Of a DNA stretch of 64,000 nt, positions 61,064 through 64,000 are shown one piece after another. The stretch is from Candidatus Poribacteria bacterium (lineage in GTDB: Bacteria > Poribacteria > WGA-4E > WGA-3G), in NCBI GenBank assembly GCA_965214095.1, contig OZ243938.1, positions 896,001 through 960,000 on the forward strand, read 5' to 3'. How positions within the stretch are numbered: position 1 is the first letter of the stretch; every line of letters starts with the position of its first letter. The notes under the pieces were generated by a model that was not told where the DNA came from, did not search any database, and was given only the letters and a program-made list of their open reading frames with translations. The translations under genes and the position numbers were made by a program.

Positions 61064-61093
61064 ACTATAGGGATGATCTTCATCCCTATAGTT
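61064..61093. terminator. Intergenic hairpin
   Basis: actatagggatga-tct-tcatccctatagt inverted repeat after the oxidoreductase stop; no clear U-tract. Confidence 0.45.
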
Positions 61094-61120
61094 ACAATAT
61101 TCCCGTTAGGAGACCCACAG

Positions 61121-63100
61121 ATGAAAAGGACGTTGTTTACAGGTTTCTTATCTCTATTTGTTTTTTTAACCTTCTATTTACCTCTTGTTCATGCCCAGGA
61201 TTACACAGAATGGGAGTTACCTGAAGGTGCAATAGCACGTCTTGGTAAAGGTAGTATTCGTGATATGCGATATTCTCCTGATGGCACTCTACTTGCAGTA
61301 TCCGGTTCTGTTGGTATTTGGTTATATGACGCGAAAACCTTACAGGAGATAACACTACTTAGAGATGGACCGTATTCTATCTCTCATATATCATTCAGTC
61401 CAGATGGAAAAACACTTGCCAGTGTTAGTTATTATGGTGTAACACTGTGGGATGTTAGTACAAGGAAACGGAAGACAGTGTTAGCAGATTATAAAGCGGG
61501 TTCTGATAGTGCCTTGTTCAGTCCAGATGGGAAGCAACTTGCAAGTATAGATCATCGTAATATTTATATATGGGATATACAAACGGAAACTCAGATACAT
61601 TCACTCATGGAGCATCCAGACTCTATTTTCTGCATGTCAATCAGTCCTGATGGTAGGACAATTGCAAGTGGAAGTCGGGATGGAATAATCCGATTATTGG
61701 ATGTCAACACTGGAGAAGAAAAACGGAAACTTATAGGACATACGAAGAGTGTATATTGCATAGCATTTAGTCATGATGGTAAGACAATTGCAAGTGGAGG
61801 ACAAGATAATACTGTGTGTTTTTGGAATGCAGAAAAAGGTAGTCTCAAATACACATTAAAAGGACATACTGAATCTATTCAAAGTATTTCATTTAGTCTT
61901 GATGGCAAGACACTCGCCAGTGCAAGTTCAGAACAGACTGTCCGATTTTGGGATATTAGTACAGGCACTCAAGTGAAAGTACTCAACCATACAGATCATG
62001 TCAATTATGTTGCGTTTAGTCCTGATGGTAAAACACTCACCAGTGCGAGTTCACACCATAAAATTCACCTATGGGACACAACGATGTGGCAACAGACAAA
62101 ATCAGTTAATGGACATGGATATTATGTGAATGGAATCTGGTTTAGTCCAGACGGCAAAACCCTTGCGACTTCGGGGTATAACGAAACCGTACGATTATGG
62201 AATGTAGAAACTGGTAAGAATATAAGAGACCTTACGCATCAACACTTATTTGAAGACCATTCGGAAAAGCAAATTTATATTGAAAGTGTAGCGTTCAGTT
62301 CTGATGGCCGCACACTTGCGACTGCGAGCGGATATAATGATAGACATTCGGGTAGAATACAAATGGATAAGTATCAAGACGGAAGCAAGTTCATCAATCT
62401 ATGGGATATACAAACCGGAACACTTGTAAGAATACTGAAAGGACATAAGGGTTATGTTGAGAGTATTGCCTTCAGTCCAGATGGAGATACACTGGCAAGT
62501 GGGAGTGGCGACAAGACGATTCGACTGTGGGACATGACCACACGAAAACATCGGCAGACGCTAACAGGACATTCCGATAGTGTGACAAGTTTGCAGTTTA
62601 GTTCGGATGGTGAGTTACTTGCGAGTGGTGGTCAGGATGGTAGCATACTTCTGTGGAACTTGAACACTGGAGAACACCTGCAAACAGTTATCGGACATGT
62701 TGGTGAGATCTATACTATTACATTCAGCGCGGATGGAAGAACGTTTGCGAGCACAGGTGAGGACAGTACCCTCCGATTCTGGGATCTAAACACTTATGAG
62801 CCCCAACGCGGACTTACCGCGTATAAGGGAACTCTTTGGAATGTACTCTTCAGAAGCGATGGAACAACAATTGTCACTGAAACCGGAGAGGGATTTACTC
62901 GCAATGATCTGTGGAGAAAAATACGGCTCTGGGATTTTGTCAAAGGTCAGCAAATTAAGACAATTCATGAGAATTATTCAAGTATTTGGAGTATTGTCTT
63001 CAGTCCTGATGGAAAGTTAATGGCAAGTGGAGGGATGGATTGCACAGTATTTCTGTGGGATCTCTCAGTTTTACTTAACACCGACAATATAGTAAAATGA
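61121..63100 (+). CDS. Secreted WD40-repeat protein
   Basis: AGGAG RBS, signal peptide, AQDYTEWELPEGAIARLGKG, about 14 WD repeats. Confidence 0.93.
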   Translation: MKRTLFTGFLSLFVFLTFYLPLVHAQDYTEWELPEGAIARLGKGSIRDMRYSPDGTLLAVSGSVGIWLYDAKTLQEITLLRDGPYSISHISFSPDGKTLASVSYYGVTLWDVSTRKRKTVLADYKAGSDSALFSPDGKQLASIDHRNIYIWDIQTETQIHSLMEHPDSIFCMSISPDGRTIASGSRDGIIRLLDVNTGEEKRKLIGHTKSVYCIAFSHDGKTIASGGQDNTVCFWNAEKGSLKYTLKGHTESIQSISFSLDGKTLASASSEQTVRFWDISTGTQVKVLNHTDHVNYVAFSPDGKTLTSASSHHKIHLWDTTMWQQTKSVNGHGYYVNGIWFSPDGKTLATSGYNETVRLWNVETGKNIRDLTHQHLFEDHSEKQIYIESVAFSSDGRTLATASGYNDRHSGRIQMDKYQDGSKFINLWDIQTGTLVRILKGHKGYVESIAFSPDGDTLASGSGDKTIRLWDMTTRKHRQTLTGHSDSVTSLQFSSDGELLASGGQDGSILLWNLNTGEHLQTVIGHVGEIYTITFSADGRTFASTGEDSTLRFWDLNTYEPQRGLTAYKGTLWNVLFRSDGTTIVTETGEGFTRNDLWRKIRLWDFVKGQQIKTIHENYSSIWSIVFSPDGKLMASGGMDCTVFLWDLSVLLNTDNIVK

Positions 63101-63173
63101 AACTGTGGTATTAGATGTGAGAATAGACTGACACGATAACCGATAAAAGATTGTATTGCAAGGAGACTTACTA

Positions 63174-63264
63174 GTCATAGTACCCAAACCTAAAGGGTTG
63201 GGCTTGTGCTTCATAGACGTTGCGTTTCACCAAAAGGATCATCCGTCTTATTTCGTCTCCACAG
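63174..63264 (-). ncRNA. Putative TnpB omegaRNA (reRNA) scaffold 3' portion
   Basis: Minus strand reads CTGTGGAGA...TAAGAC...GTCTATGAAGCA.AAGCCC..CCCTTTAGG..TGGGTA..TGAC, resembling tnpB right ends; judged by eye. Confidence 0.6.
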
Positions 63265-63486
63265 TGGGTTCTAAGCAACCTCACTTGCTCTAAAAGAGCA
63301 ACTTATTATTTGAGAGTGTGTTTTTCGGACTGGGTTTTTTACCTCCCATGTCCCTACCACTCAATTGTTATGTGTCTATGGTAGTGAGAGCGTATATGTT
63401 TTTCAGTTTTATGCTCCGCAACATATAGCACCAAAGACTGCGGACAACCTCACACACGACTGCGTGTGATTGAACTTTCCGAATAT

Positions 63487-63515
63487 ATTTTAGCAAGTTT
63501 GACATTTATTGTCAA
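63487..63515 (-). promoter_or_regulatory. sigma70-type promoter inside the IS605-type element
   Basis: TTGACA-17 bp-TAAAAT on the minus strand. Confidence 0.7.
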
Positions 63516-63579
63516 GAAAAACATAGGAGCGGGCATTCCTCCCAAACCTAAAGGATTGGGAGGAATGCCCGAAGATTAG

Positions 63580-64000
63580 ATGAAAAAAACGCTGGTAATT
63601 TCTCTTATGATTCTCAGTATTGTTTCCATTTTTGGAGTGATTAGGTTCGTATTGATACGTGAATCAACCGAAACAGAGATTATTCCCACAGATTCACCTC
63701 AGTTTCAACTCCCCGATGGAGTAAGAGCACGTATAGGTAGAGGCAGAATAAATAAGATGGCGTTATCACCAGACAACAATGTATTAGCCGTTGCTTCAGT
63801 TATAGGGATTTGGTTGTATGATGTGCAGAGCGGCGACGCGCTTACATTATTGATGGCACATACTTCCAACGTCAATACGATAGCGTTCAGTCCAAATTCA
63901 AATATCCTTGCAAGTGGGAGTACCGATAAGATTGTTCGTTTATGGGACATTAGTACTGGTGAACTTCAGCATGCCTTTGTTGGACACGCTGGTGGGGTCT
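63580..64000 (+). CDS. Secreted or anchored WD40-repeat protein (runs off the window)
   Basis: MKKTLVISLMILSIVSIFG...FQLPDGVRARIGRG...FSPNSNILASGSTDKIVRLWD. Confidence 0.88.
   Translation, partial: MKKTLVISLMILSIVSIFGVIRFVLIRESTETEIIPTDSPQFQLPDGVRARIGRGRINKMALSPDNNVLAVASVIGIWLYDVQSGDALTLLMAHTSNVNTIAFSPNSNILASGSTDKIVRLWDISTGELQHAFVGHAGGV

Larger units (their letters stand above)
63174..63579 (-). mobile_element. Non-autonomous IS200/IS605 (TnpB-type) element, 406 bp
   Basis: CCTAAAGG-loop hairpins at both ends, TCAT next to the left end, no target duplication; removal rejoins AAGGAG-N8-ATG. Confidence 0.85.

Noticed and set aside
1235-63950. Numerous 60-160 aa ORFs antisense to or nested in long genes
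   Set aside because: They are shadow ORFs of well-supported genes with no independent motifs.

Overview
Low-GC bacterial chromosomal window, probably from Candidatus Poribacteria. This is inferred from the many 'AQD..W.LPEGA.ARLGKG' WD40 proteins and a 'V.P..+L...WG.LK' C-terminal motif. Recognisable genes include pbpC with an alpha-2-macroglobulin, a cytochrome P460-like lipoprotein with a haem-bearing porin, ftsY, an ECF sigma factor, an ABC-F ATPase, thrB, holB, tmk, TlpA redoxins, mgtE, aroC and rsmI. Most intergenic regions hold REP/MITE-type palindromic elements. The main finding is a ~12.4 kb tandem array (about 12090-24450) of cassettes. Each cassette pairs a small precursor (conserved signal/pro-leader '...YAFAFDGFN(V/I)E...GEVEAWL.AA..G.GG' plus a hypervariable Cys-rich core) with a signal-less WD40 protein that has a divergent body and a near-invariant 'LWD(L/M)KPYL(K/T)NT' end. 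A conserved DNA block joins the cassettes, as in polymorphic toxin-immunity or ligand-receptor arrays. One precursor is intact; the others can be rebuilt by hand. Other findings: two ORF-less IS605/TnpB-type elements with perfect sigma70 promoters (one with a clear omegaRNA-like end), one inside a Cys core and one between an RBS and its ATG; an IS4 element whose 20-bp target duplication is exactly a REP hairpin; and a candidate polyphosphate cluster (split CHAD, VTC-like protein, MgtE).
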